Assembly (NCBI GenBank): GCA_020201525.1
Contig: JAIVGO010000099.1
Span: 1 to 61,020 of the forward strand
Direction: 5' to 3'
Source: Actinomycetota bacterium
GTDB lineage: Bacteria; Actinomycetota; AC-67
DNA: 61,020 nt
Shown here: positions 1-11,000 of the stretch, piece by piece
How the letters are laid out: every line of letters starts with the position of its first letter
Numbering within the stretch: position 1 is the stretch's first letter
The notes under the pieces: generated by a model
Told to the model about the DNA's origin: nothing
The model's input: only the letters and a program-made list of their open reading frames with translations
Database searches by the model: none
Translations under genes and position numbers: made by a program

Positions 1-588
1 GTCCATGTACTGCGTCGTGAGAAAGATCGTTGTGCCGTTCTTGTTGAGCTTCTCGAGGTGTGCCCACAACGCGCGGCGGTTCTGCGGGTCCAGGCCGGTC
101 GTCGGCTCGTCGAGGAACAACAGTCCCGGCCGGTGCATTAACGCCTGCGCAAGATCGAGTCGCCGGCGCATGCCACCGGAGTAGTGACCCGCTCGCTTGT
201 CACCCGAATCGGCGAGGTCGACAAGCTCGAGGACCTCCTGCGCACGCTCAACCGCTTCACCCCGAGGCATGTGATAAAGCTGCGCCGACAGAACGAGATT
301 CTCGCGGCCGGTCAAGTCCTCGTCGATACTGATGTCCTGCGCCGCGTAGCCGATCGATTCGCGAATTTTTCTATCGTGCTTACCGACTTCGTAACCGGCG
401 ACAACGACCCGTCCTGCGGTCTTCCGAATGAGCGTGACGAGAATCTTGATCGTCGTACTCTTGCCGGCCCCGTTGGGCCCGAGAAATCCAAAGAAATCTC
501 CTTCGCGGACCTCGAAATCGACGTCGCGCACCGCCTCGGTTCCGTCCGGATACACCTTGCGCAATCCTTGCACTTCGACGATCGGCAT
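1..588 (-). CDS. ABC transporter ATP-binding protein (DrrA/ABC-2 exporter type); C-terminus lies beyond the window edge
   Basis: Absent from the ORF track because it runs off the window. The reverse complement of 1-588 is one open frame from ATG (586-588): MPIVEVQGLRKVYPDGTEAVRDVDFEVREGDFFGFLGPNGAGKSTTIKIL... It has Walker A GPNGAGKST, signature YSGGMRRRL and Walker B LLFLDEPTTGLD. Confidence 0.85.
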   Translation of the reverse strand, partial: MPIVEVQGLRKVYPDGTEAVRDVDFEVREGDFFGFLGPNGAGKSTTIKILVTLIRKTAGRVVVAGYEVGKHDRKIRESIGYAAQDISIDEDLTGRENLVLSAQLYHMPRGEAVERAQEVLELVDLADSGDKRAGHYSGGMRRRLDLAQALMHRPGLLFLDEPTTGLDPQNRRALWAHLEKLNKNGTTIFLTTQYMD

Positions 589-590
589 TG

Positions 591-2574
<1,984 letters not shown>

Positions 2575-2600
<26 letters not shown>

Positions 2601-3879
2601 GAGGCGAGGATAGCACCGCGCGTTCGCGGTCGGAGGCGCGCATGAGAGTCACCGTTGGAATGACAACGATAGCCGCCGCGATTGCCGTGAGGGCGCCCCC
2701 GCCGACGATACCTCGCGCCGATCCGATGCGAGATCCGACGGCCGTCAACATCAGGGCGCCGGCGAGCTCGCACGCTTCGTAGACTGCGCCGGTCAAGCTG
2801 AAAATGCGCCCGCGCGCCTCGTCCGGCATGCGTTCGGCAATGGACGCATTCAGATAGAGCGCCATGCCCGCTCCGGCGCCGCCCAGGGCGACGAGGACCG
2901 CAAGAAGCACAGCGAACTCGGGGCGAAAGACGAATAGAAGCAACAAGAGCGGCGCGACGCCGGAGATCACCAACGGAACGGTCCGCGGCGCACCGGCATG
3001 ACGGCGAGCGAGAACCGAGGTACCGACGGCGGTTCCAAGCCCGGCGACGGCCAAAGCGACGCCGTACGCACCGGCGCCCAAGCCGCGCCCGCTCAGATAC
3101 ACGAGCAGCAACGCGGTGAAGCCATCGCCGACACCGAATAGGACGACGCCGCGCGCGAGCACCAGCCTCGATACCAAGCGGTCCCGTCGCATGATGCGGA
3201 TTCCGTCGCCGAGCTCGCTCGTGACCTCTCCCACAGTGCGCGGCCGGCGGCTGGCCCCACGCGTGCGCACGCCGACGAGGAAGGAGGCCGAGACGAGAAA
3301 CGAAAGCGCATCGAGGAAGAATGCGTGGCGCGCCCCGACGGCGAGAACTGCAGCGCCGCCCAGTGCGGGCCCGATCGTATGGAGCACTTGATGCGAAACT
3401 TCACTGAGTGCGAGTGCGCGCACGTAGTTTTCTCCCGGCGCGATCGTCGGAAGCAGCGCTTGCCGGGCCGGGCGAAAGAGCGGCGAGAACAACCCCGACG
3501 CGAACGACAGGACGTACGCCTGCCATGCGGCGTGCGTAAACGGCAGCGTCGCGACGAGGACCGCCCGAATGAGGTCGCACGAAATCATCACCGTTCGGCG
3601 GTCCATCCGGTCGGCGATGACGCCGCCGATCGGCCCGATCAGGACCCAGGGGATCGTCCGCAGCGCAAGGGCGAGTCCGACGGCGAACGTCTTGCCGGTC
3701 AGGTCGTGCACGTAGACCGCGAGCGCGATGAACGTGACGAAGGAGCCCGCGTCGGAGATAACTTCGGCCGTCCACACGCGCCGGAAGTCGCGCAGTCGCA
3801 GCGTTGCGAACAGTCCTTTTTGCGGCACGATTACAAAGGGCGCCGGTCGGCAAATCCGGACGTCGTTGGATGCCACCAA
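2575..3879 (-). CDS. MFS transporter (EntS/MFS_3-like)
   Basis: Polytopic hydrophobic ORF with the family-typical N-terminus [21 protein letters not shown]...[15 protein letters not shown]. An alternative GTG start at 3828 lies 2 nt after the upstream stop and would remove the 49-nt overlap. Confidence 0.8.
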
Positions 3880-4199
3880 TCGACGGCGTCCTCGCCGATG
3901 CGCCAGCAGAGAAAGATTCGCTGACCCTCGCGCTCGGCAGGAAAGTCGATGAGACCACTCGCCGGATCACGCACGACGACGCCCGCCTCGTTGAGCTTCG
4001 CAATCGCTTTCCCGGCGTCCGACATCGCGCCGAGAAACTCCACGCCGGGCTCTCCGCCGCCGTTACCTGGCGCGTGCTCTTCGAGCTCGCCGTGACGCGC
4101 ATCCAGAACGGCCTGCGCGTCGCGGAGCTGCTCGAGCACGGGCCCGAGAACGCCGATCAAGGCGTTCGCTTCGGCGACCGTAAACACCTTTTCGCTCAT
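3831..4199 (-). CDS. DUF2203-like small conserved protein
   Basis: 122 aa. FTVAEANALI...[38 protein letters not shown] resembles my recollection of the DUF2203 family. It shares a 4-nt overlap with the upstream HAD gene. Confidence 0.6.
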   Translation of the reverse strand: MSEKVFTVAEANALIGVLGPVLEQLRDAQAVLDARHGELEEHAPGNGGGEPGVEFLGAMSDAGKAIAKLNEAGVVVRDPASGLIDFPAEREGQRIFLCWRIGEDAVDWWHPTTSGFADRRPL

Positions 4200-4891
4200 C
4201 CGAGCTTCTCCGGCAGCTCGATGAGTGACCGGATGACCGGGTGTTCATCGCCACGAAACCGTTTTCGCCGGTCGATGAGAAAGGCCCGCATACCGACGGC
4301 GGAGGCCGGCTCGACGTCGAATGTGACGCTGTCGCCGACGTACACGGCGCGTTCCGGCCTCGCGCCGATGCGATCAAGGGCGAGAGTGAAAATTTTCGGG
4401 TCGGGCTTCTCTATTCCCTCGACGCCGCTCACGACGAGTGCGTCGAGAAGCGGCAAGACCTCGAGCGACGTGAGGAGCCCTTCGAGCCACGCTTCGAAGT
4501 TCGACAGCACGCCAATCTTGTACCCGGCGTGCTTGAGGGCGGAGATAGCCGGCAGCGCATCCTCGAACAGCGCGTAGTGCTTCGGATCGCGAAACTTGTC
4601 GTAGAGGTAATCCGGAAGGTCATCGTCGTCGAGCCCCAGCTCGTCGGTGAATCGCGCATACAAAGACGCCCAGAACGAGCGTGATCGTTCGGGTGACGTC
4701 GACCAGAGAGCGTGGTCGGCGAACATTTTCGTCAGGATTTCGGCCAGCGATGCTTCCGCGGCCAGGACGCGCGAGGCATCGATCTCGTGGCCGCGTTCCC
4801 GAATGAACTCCGCGATCAGCTCGAGAAACGAGGGATGCGGATGAAGCAATGTTTCACCGGCGTCGAAGATCACAGCTTCGTAACGTCTCAC
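4196..4891 (-). CDS. HAD-superfamily hydrolase (subfamily IA-like)
   Basis: The homologous part of the 420-aa ORF starts at GTG 4891 (VRRYEAVIFDAGETLLHP). Motif I is FDAGETL, motif II is GVLSN, and the motif III/IV region is KPDPKIF...YVGDS. The upstream part of the ORF is Arg/Ser-rich and non-protein-like. Confidence 0.8.
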   Translation of the reverse strand: MRRYEAVIFDAGETLLHPHPSFLELIAEFIRERGHEIDASRVLAAEASLAEILTKMFADHALWSTSPERSRSFWASLYARFTDELGLDDDDLPDYLYDKFRDPKHYALFEDALPAISALKHAGYKIGVLSNFEAWLEGLLTSLEVLPLLDALVVSGVEGIEKPDPKIFTLALDRIGARPERAVYVGDSVTFDVEPASAVGMRAFLIDRRKRFRGDEHPVIRSLIELPEKLG

Positions 4892-4931
4892 GCCGCGAGT
4901 GTACCCGGCCGGGGCCGGGCGAAGTTCGTGT

Positions 4932-5978
4932 TTAGAGAGAGACGGGGAACGAGATGCGCGCGATGCCGCGAAGCTCGTCACTGGTTGCGTGCTGCCACGA
5001 CCAGAACGAGACACCGACGGCACCGGCCCGCCGCGCTTGTTCGGCGAACGCGAGCAATGTGGCGCCGCTTGGGCTGCCGGCAGGACCGCCGTCGACCGAT
5101 GCGTCGTACGCTTGCCCGATCGGCGCGATCGGCTTGTGGAACTTCCGCAAGAAGAAGATCGCCGACCGGACGGTCGCGAGCGGGTCGCGGCTGATCCAGT
5201 ACACCATCGGCGCCACCGCGCTGTAGTACCGGATAATCCCGTACGGATACCGCTTTTGCATCGACGGCGAAGGGCGCGGCGGCACGAGCACACGAAAGCT
5301 CGTCGGCCGGAGCCGCGCGAGCGTTCGCGAGAATTGCAACGCGCGGCCGGCTGTGAGATGTACGCCTTCCGACGGCGTTTCGAGATCGATCGCCATACCG
5401 TCGACCCGCTCGCCGCCGGGCGTGCGATGGCTGATGACACGGGCGACGCGGTGTGCATCGCCGACGGGATTCTTCAGCGTCGGGAAGTCCCACGCGATGA
5501 CTTTCAAGCCGGCCGCATGCGCCACAGGAACGACGCGATCGATGTGGTGCAAGTACTTGAACCCGCTTGTCGTTGAGCTCGAGCGAACGTAGATGTGGCT
5601 CAAACCCAGCATCTTCGCCCGACGGACGATGCGCGCGGGGTTGCCGCCCTCGACTTCGTCGAACAGCCAGATCCACATTCCCTTTCCGGCGATCGGCATC
5701 TTCGAGGAGGCGACCGCCCGGGTCGCGAGCGGCTGGTTCCGCGCGACCGGCGCGGCGACACGCGCGCTCCCGGCCAGTACGTCGGCCGGCTCGACACGAA
5801 GCCCTTCGATCGTGGCGGCTTCTTGCGCAACGCTGACGGCGGGGAATTCGGGCCGAGGGCCGGTCTCGCGCGCGGCAACCACTTGAACCGTTGCTATCGC
5901 GATAGCGATGTTGATCAATCCAAGCAGTGCGCGAGCGCGCTTGCGCGCGAACAAAGAAAAGCCCATGTTCTGTCTCAA
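4932..5978 (-). CDS. signal-anchored hypothetical protein, possibly a glycoside-hydrolase-like TIM barrel
   Basis: 348 aa with an N-terminal anchor (LLGLINIAIAIATVQVVAA). GMWIWLFDEV...AKMLGLSHIYVRS...AGLKVIAWDFP alternates beta and alpha elements like GHL-type barrels. This assignment is tentative. Confidence 0.5.
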   Translation of the reverse strand: MRQNMGFSLFARKRARALLGLINIAIAIATVQVVAARETGPRPEFPAVSVAQEAATIEGLRVEPADVLAGSARVAAPVARNQPLATRAVASSKMPIAGKGMWIWLFDEVEGGNPARIVRRAKMLGLSHIYVRSSSTTSGFKYLHHIDRVVPVAHAAGLKVIAWDFPTLKNPVGDAHRVARVISHRTPGGERVDGMAIDLETPSEGVHLTAGRALQFSRTLARLRPTSFRVLVPPRPSPSMQKRYPYGIIRYYSAVAPMVYWISRDPLATVRSAIFFLRKFHKPIAPIGQAYDASVDGGPAGSPSGATLLAFAEQARRAGAVGVSFWSWQHATSDELRGIARISFPVSL

Positions 5979-6001
5979 CCCCTGAGCCGCCCTAGGTGGT
6001 T

Positions 6002-6487
6002 CTACCGGTTCAACGAACGAGTGAGTTCGTTGGCAACGCGCGACATACTACGTGCCCGTGTCAAGGTGTGCATAGTGCCGCGCGAATCCGCCGTCACCAC
6101 GAGGATCGCGTCGAAGCCTTGCGTCATCCCGGCTTCCACGAGGAGCGGGACGTCGACGACGATCACCCGCCCGGTGGCGCGGCCCCGCTCGATCTGCTCG
6201 TGCATCTCGATGCCGACCTCGGGATGCGTGATCGCGTTGAGATCGGCGAGAGCTTGTGGATCCTCGAAGACGATCGAAGCAAGCTTCGCGCGATCGACGT
6301 TGCCGTCCTCGGCAACGACGCCCCTTCCGAAACGTTCCACGATCCGCTCGTGCGCCGGCCGTCCCGGCCGGACGACGTCGCGGGCGATCTGATCGGCGTC
6401 GACGATGAGCGCGCCTCGATCGGCCAGCAAGTGAGCAACGGTGCTCTTCCCGGATGCGATCCCGCCGGTGAGACCGATCAGAGGCAC
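6002..6487 (-). CDS. coaE: dephospho-CoA kinase (short form)
   Basis: The likely start is GTG 6487 (VPLIGLTGGIASGKST P-loop), downstream of rpsA as in Mycobacterium. The ORF stops about 45 aa earlier than E. coli CoaE (see findings). Confidence 0.8.
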   Translation of the reverse strand: MPLIGLTGGIASGKSTVAHLLADRGALIVDADQIARDVVRPGRPAHERIVERFGRGVVAEDGNVDRAKLASIVFEDPQALADLNAITHPEVGIEMHEQIERGRATGRVIVVDVPLLVEAGMTQGFDAILVVTADSRGTMHTLTRARSMSRVANELTRSLNR

Positions 6488-6500
6488 GCGCGGGCCGGTG

Positions 6501-7832
6501 CTACTCCTGGCCGGTTCGGCGCTTGAGATCGGCGACGATCGCCTCGATCGTCTCTTCACCCAGCGGCCGGGCGCCGGCACCCTCGTCTTCCGGTGCCTCC
6601 TCCGGCTGCGCGCGTTCCACTTCCGGCGCCAACGCCGCTTCGAGAACGTCCTTTCCGGCGGCCGGCTTCTCTTCGTCCTCTTCTGCCTCCGGCGTGATCT
6701 CGTCCTCGGGAACGACCTCGTCGGCCGCCTCGGTCGCTTGGCGAATGGACAGTGAAATACGACGGCGATCCGAGTCGATTTCGATGATCTTCACCTTCAC
6801 CGGCTCGCCGAGCTTTACGACTTGCTCTGCCGTTTCGACGTGACGGTGTGCGAGCTCGGAGATGTGCACGAGGCCTTCGATGCCTTCTGCGACGCGCACG
6901 AACGCGCCGAACGGAACGAGCTTCGTGACTTCTCCTTCGATGACCTCGGACGGCTGGTGCAAGCGCGCAAACTGACGCCACGGATCCTCTTGCGTCTTCT
7001 TGAGCGACAATGAGATGCGGTCGCGATCGAGATCGACGTCGAGAACCTCGACCTCGACTTCCTGGCCGACCTGTACGACCTCGCTCGGATGCTCGACGTG
7101 CTTCCACGAAAGCTCGGACACGTGCACGAGGCCATCGACACCGCCGAGGTCCACGAAGGCCCCGAAGTTGACGATGGAAGAGACCGTCCCCTTTCGAACC
7201 TCGCCTTTGGCGAGATCCTCGAGAAACTTCTTGCGTCCTTCCGACTGCGCTTCTTCGAGATACTTCCGACGGCTGAGCACGACGTTGTTGCGGTTGCGGT
7301 CGAGCTCGATGATCTTGGCTTCGAGCTTCCGGCCGACGTACGGATGCAAGTCGCGCACGCGACGCATCTCAACGAGCGACGCCGGCAAGAAGCCTCGCAA
7401 GCCGATGTCGAGAATGAGGCCGCCCTTGACCACTTCGATGACGGAACCTTCGACGACGCCGTCTTCGTTCATGACCTTTTCGATCTGACCCCAGGCGCGC
7501 TCGTATTGCGCCTTCTTCTTCGAAAGGATCAAGCGCCCTTCTTTGTCTTCCTTCTGCGTGACGAGCGCTTCGATCTCGTCGCCGACGTGAACGACCTCAC
7601 GCGGATCGGTGTCGTGCTTGATCGTCAGCTCGCGCGCGGGAATGACGCCTTCGGACTTGTACCCGATGTCGAGGAGGACTTCGTCCTTGTCGACCTTGAC
7701 GACTTTCCCGGCGACGATGTCACCTTCGTCGAAATGCTTGATGGAATCTTCGTACGCCTGGAGAAGCTCTGCTGCGCCGCCGATGTCGTTCTGCGTTACT
7801 GCTCCGCCGGACGGCGTCTCGTTGTCGAGCAC
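6501..7832 (-). CDS. rpsA: 30S ribosomal protein S1
   Basis: 443 aa with four S1 OB-fold repeats (GDIVAGKVVKVD, GSVIEVVKGGLILDIG, GTVSSIVNFGAFVDLG, GEVTKLVPFGAFVRV) and an acidic C-terminal tail. The start codon is GTG. Confidence 0.97.
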   Translation of the reverse strand: MLDNETPSGGAVTQNDIGGAAELLQAYEDSIKHFDEGDIVAGKVVKVDKDEVLLDIGYKSEGVIPARELTIKHDTDPREVVHVGDEIEALVTQKEDKEGRLILSKKKAQYERAWGQIEKVMNEDGVVEGSVIEVVKGGLILDIGLRGFLPASLVEMRRVRDLHPYVGRKLEAKIIELDRNRNNVVLSRRKYLEEAQSEGRKKFLEDLAKGEVRKGTVSSIVNFGAFVDLGGVDGLVHVSELSWKHVEHPSEVVQVGQEVEVEVLDVDLDRDRISLSLKKTQEDPWRQFARLHQPSEVIEGEVTKLVPFGAFVRVAEGIEGLVHISELAHRHVETAEQVVKLGEPVKVKIIEIDSDRRRISLSIRQATEAADEVVPEDEITPEAEEDEEKPAAGKDVLEAALAPEVERAQPEEAPEDEGAGARPLGEETIEAIVADLKRRTGQE

Positions 7833-7983
7833 GATATGTCTTCAACCCTTTCTGCGGGGTAGCCGGTTCGGAGAGACCCCTGTGTTGTGAATTACCCGCG
7901 GGCGCGGCATCGGGGTCCGGACTGCACTCCCCGCTCCTCCGGGGAACCGAATCGGCCTATGACCTGCCCTTCCAGGCTCCGGC

Positions 7984-8013
7984 AGTCTATGGCTCTGCCG
8001 GAGAAAGTGTCAA
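7984..8013 (-). promoter_or_regulatory. candidate sigma-70-type promoter for rpsA
   Basis: The minus strand reads TTGACA (8013-8008), an 18-nt spacer, then TAGACT (7989-7984), about 150 nt upstream of the rpsA GTG. A 7-bp inverted repeat CCGGCAG-N9-CTGCCGG overlaps it. Confidence 0.3.
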
Positions 8014-8023
8014 CGCCGCGGTT

Positions 8024-8061
8024 CCTGCTCCGAGCACGCCTGGCGTCGCGCTCGGAGCAGG
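8024..8061 (-). terminator. hairpin directly after the giant ORF
   Basis: A perfect 12-bp stem pairs cctgctccgagc (8024-8035) with gctcggagcagg (8050-8061), 13 nt after the stop at 8074. There is no U-tract. Confidence 0.45.
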
Positions 8062-8073
8062 TAAAACCGCTGC

Positions 8074-11000
8074 TTAGACCCCTGCCGAGTACACGCGAAT
8101 CGTCTTCGTGACGCCGCTGTTGCCCGCGGTGTCCTTGATGGTTGCCCAGATGTCGAAGTATCCGAGACCGAGCGTGATGCTCTTGCTCCAGCTCGGAACC
8201 GACGTGGCCGGACAGGTGGTGCACGCCTCGTAGGTCTTCACGACACCGTTCATGTCGCGCACGTTCACGACGATGTGGCCGACGCCGATGTTGTCGGAGG
8301 CCGAGCCGGTGACGATCACTTCTTGTCCGACGAGGTAGATGCTGGAGTCGGCGGGCCCGGTGAGCGATCCGCCGGGCGACTGCGCGTCGACGCTAAAGGT
8401 GCGCGCGGCGGAGGCCGGGCTCACGTTGCCCGCGGCGTCGGTTGCGGTTGCCGTCACCGTGTGGCTGCCGGTCGCGAGCGTGGTCAGCGAGAAGTTCCAT
8501 GCGGTGCCGCTCGCGGCTGCCTGGCCGATCTTCGTGGTGCCCTCGTACACCTTGACGGTCGACCCGATTTCGGCCGTTCCTGAGAACGCGACCGACTTCG
8601 GGTTCAAAGAGGCCGCCGCCGGCTTTGTGATAACCGGCACCACCGGAGGCGTGACATCTCCAAGGGCCACCGACACCGTCGCTGCCGCCGAGTCCACGAG
8701 GCCGTCGTTCGCCTTGAAGGTGAACGAGTCCGTGCCGTTTGCGGTCGTCGTAGACAGGTACGTGACGGTCGTCCCCGTCAGCGTGTACGGCAGCTCCGAC
8801 GAAAGGATCTTGTGCCCGGTCGTATTCCCGCCGGCGTACAAGGAGCCCTTCGTCGGCAGGGTCGCGATCTTGAACACGAGACTATTCCCGTCGACGTCGG
8901 TTCCGGCGAGTGTGACCGGCTTGGGAGTGTTCTGGTTCGTAGAAACAGATTGGGCTTGCGCGGCCGGCGCATCGTTGACGGGAGTGACGGTAACGTCCAC
9001 GGTTGCGGACGATGTTGCGAGTCCATCCGTAGCACTGAATGCGAACGAGTCCGCCCCGTTGTAGTTTGCCGACGGCGTGTAGGTAATCGTCGCCGTGCAC
9101 GTCTTCGGTGCCGATCCGGAACAGCTCGGAGTTCCGAGTGCGCCGAGAGCACCGTTCGACGGGCCCGCGTCTATCGCGAAGGACAACACATCGCCGTCAA
9201 GATCCGTCGCTTGGAGCGTGACGGTCTTCGCAGTGTCCTCGTTCGTCGTAACCGACTGCGCCTGCGAGACCGGAGCGTTGTTCACAACAGCGCCGACCTG
9301 CAGAGTTGCGGTGCCGGTCTTTCCGGCCTTCGTCCCGGTGACGGTGTGCGTACCGTTCGTCGTCGCCGTGCATGAGTTGGCCGAGCATGAGCCGTCGGGC
9401 GCGATGGTGAACGTCGTCGTCGACGTTACGTCACCGAGTGAGTTGCCATACTGATCGAACCCTTCGGCGGAATAAGACTGGGAGTCGCCCTGGGCGATCG
9501 TGGCGGATGCCGGGCTGAGAACCAGATGGTCGAGCGCGCCCGCGTCGTAGGTATACGAGATCGAGCTCGAGCCGGCTCCCGTCGTCACCGTCAGCGTGAC
9601 GGGCCCCGCCGCGTGGGCGGGAGCAGTCGCGAAGATGCGGGCCGACGTGTCCACCGTCACATTGGTGGCGGGGACACCGTCGAAGGTAACGGTGGCATCA
9701 CTTGCGAAGTTGGAACCGGTGATGGTGACCTGGGTGCCCCCGCCGGACGAGCCGTGGGTCGGGCTCACCGAGGAGATCGCCGGAGCGTAGTTCCCCAGCG
9801 GCGTTAGGTAGCACCTCGCGACCGTGAAGTTGGCGCCGGAGTTGGCGTTCGGCGCCCGGTCGACCTGTGTCAAGAGCCCGCTGCCGTTCGGAGCGGTTTG
9901 CGTGAGCGAACCAATCGCGTACGTCGACGTCAGCGAAGCGTTGGCAGGCGGATTGCCTACCATCGACGGACGGACGTAGACATCGACCACACCGCCCGGA
10001 CCCAGAGTGATCTTTCCGGTCAAGTTCGGGTCGAAGGCGGTGCTGCTTGGATCGCTGGAGCTGGTTGTGCTGTAAGACGTCCCCAGCGTCCCAACCGTGA
10101 AGGCGGTGGGGGTCGTGGCGGTCGGCTGGTAGCGAGCCCCGGCGAAGTAAACGGTGCCGCCGTAGGTCCAGTGCATCCGCCAGCTCAATCCCGTCCCGTT
10201 GCTCGGAACCTGGTTCTCGAGATCGCTGACGACAATGCGCGCCGTGAACTGGGGCACTCCGTTTGCCGTCGTGTAATCGCCGAGACTCGCCGAGATGACG
10301 TCGAGCTGGTCGAGGTTCGAGCCGTCTCCACCGTCGGCGCTGTTGGCAGCGTCGCCACTGGTGTCCGTGGTGAGGTCGGGGCAGGTGTTCGCCGCTTGAT
10401 AGGCGTAGGCCTTCGGGAGGACCGCCGTTCCCTTGTTGGTGGTCACCGAGACGTCGACCGGGCCTGAGCCGTGCGCCGGCATGGTTACCCTGATGGCGTT
10501 CGAGCGCAGAACGCTGTAGGGCACCGACTGGCCGGCGATCTTGACGTCGGTTACGCCGATGAAATTGGCTCCGGTGATCGTCATGATATTGCCGCCCGCG
10601 GTGGACCCAGTTGAAGGAAGCACCGAGCCGACCTTCGGCGGCGGCTGCACCGTCGTCTCCTGAGAAACGTTGACGTACGAGTTCGTGGACGCCGAGTCGT
10701 CGCCCCATGCGACGTGAGCGATTCCGTCTGGGCCATCAGAAACCGTAATGAAGTCGCCGAGCGTGCGTGGGGGACCGGAGGGGTTGCTGGCGCTCGCGCA
10801 ACTTTGGTTGCTGATGCAGAGCGGTCCAGTGTGGATCACGTGGTCACTGACGATGTTCGTTGCGAACGTTCCGCTCGCGAGATCAAACCGCGCGAAGTAA
10901 ACGTTCCACTGTGAATCGGCCACCCCGGCGCCGACCGTATTGATCGCACCGGAGGCGTCGGGGGTGCCCAACCAGGCGATGTCGAGGCGGCCGGAGAATG

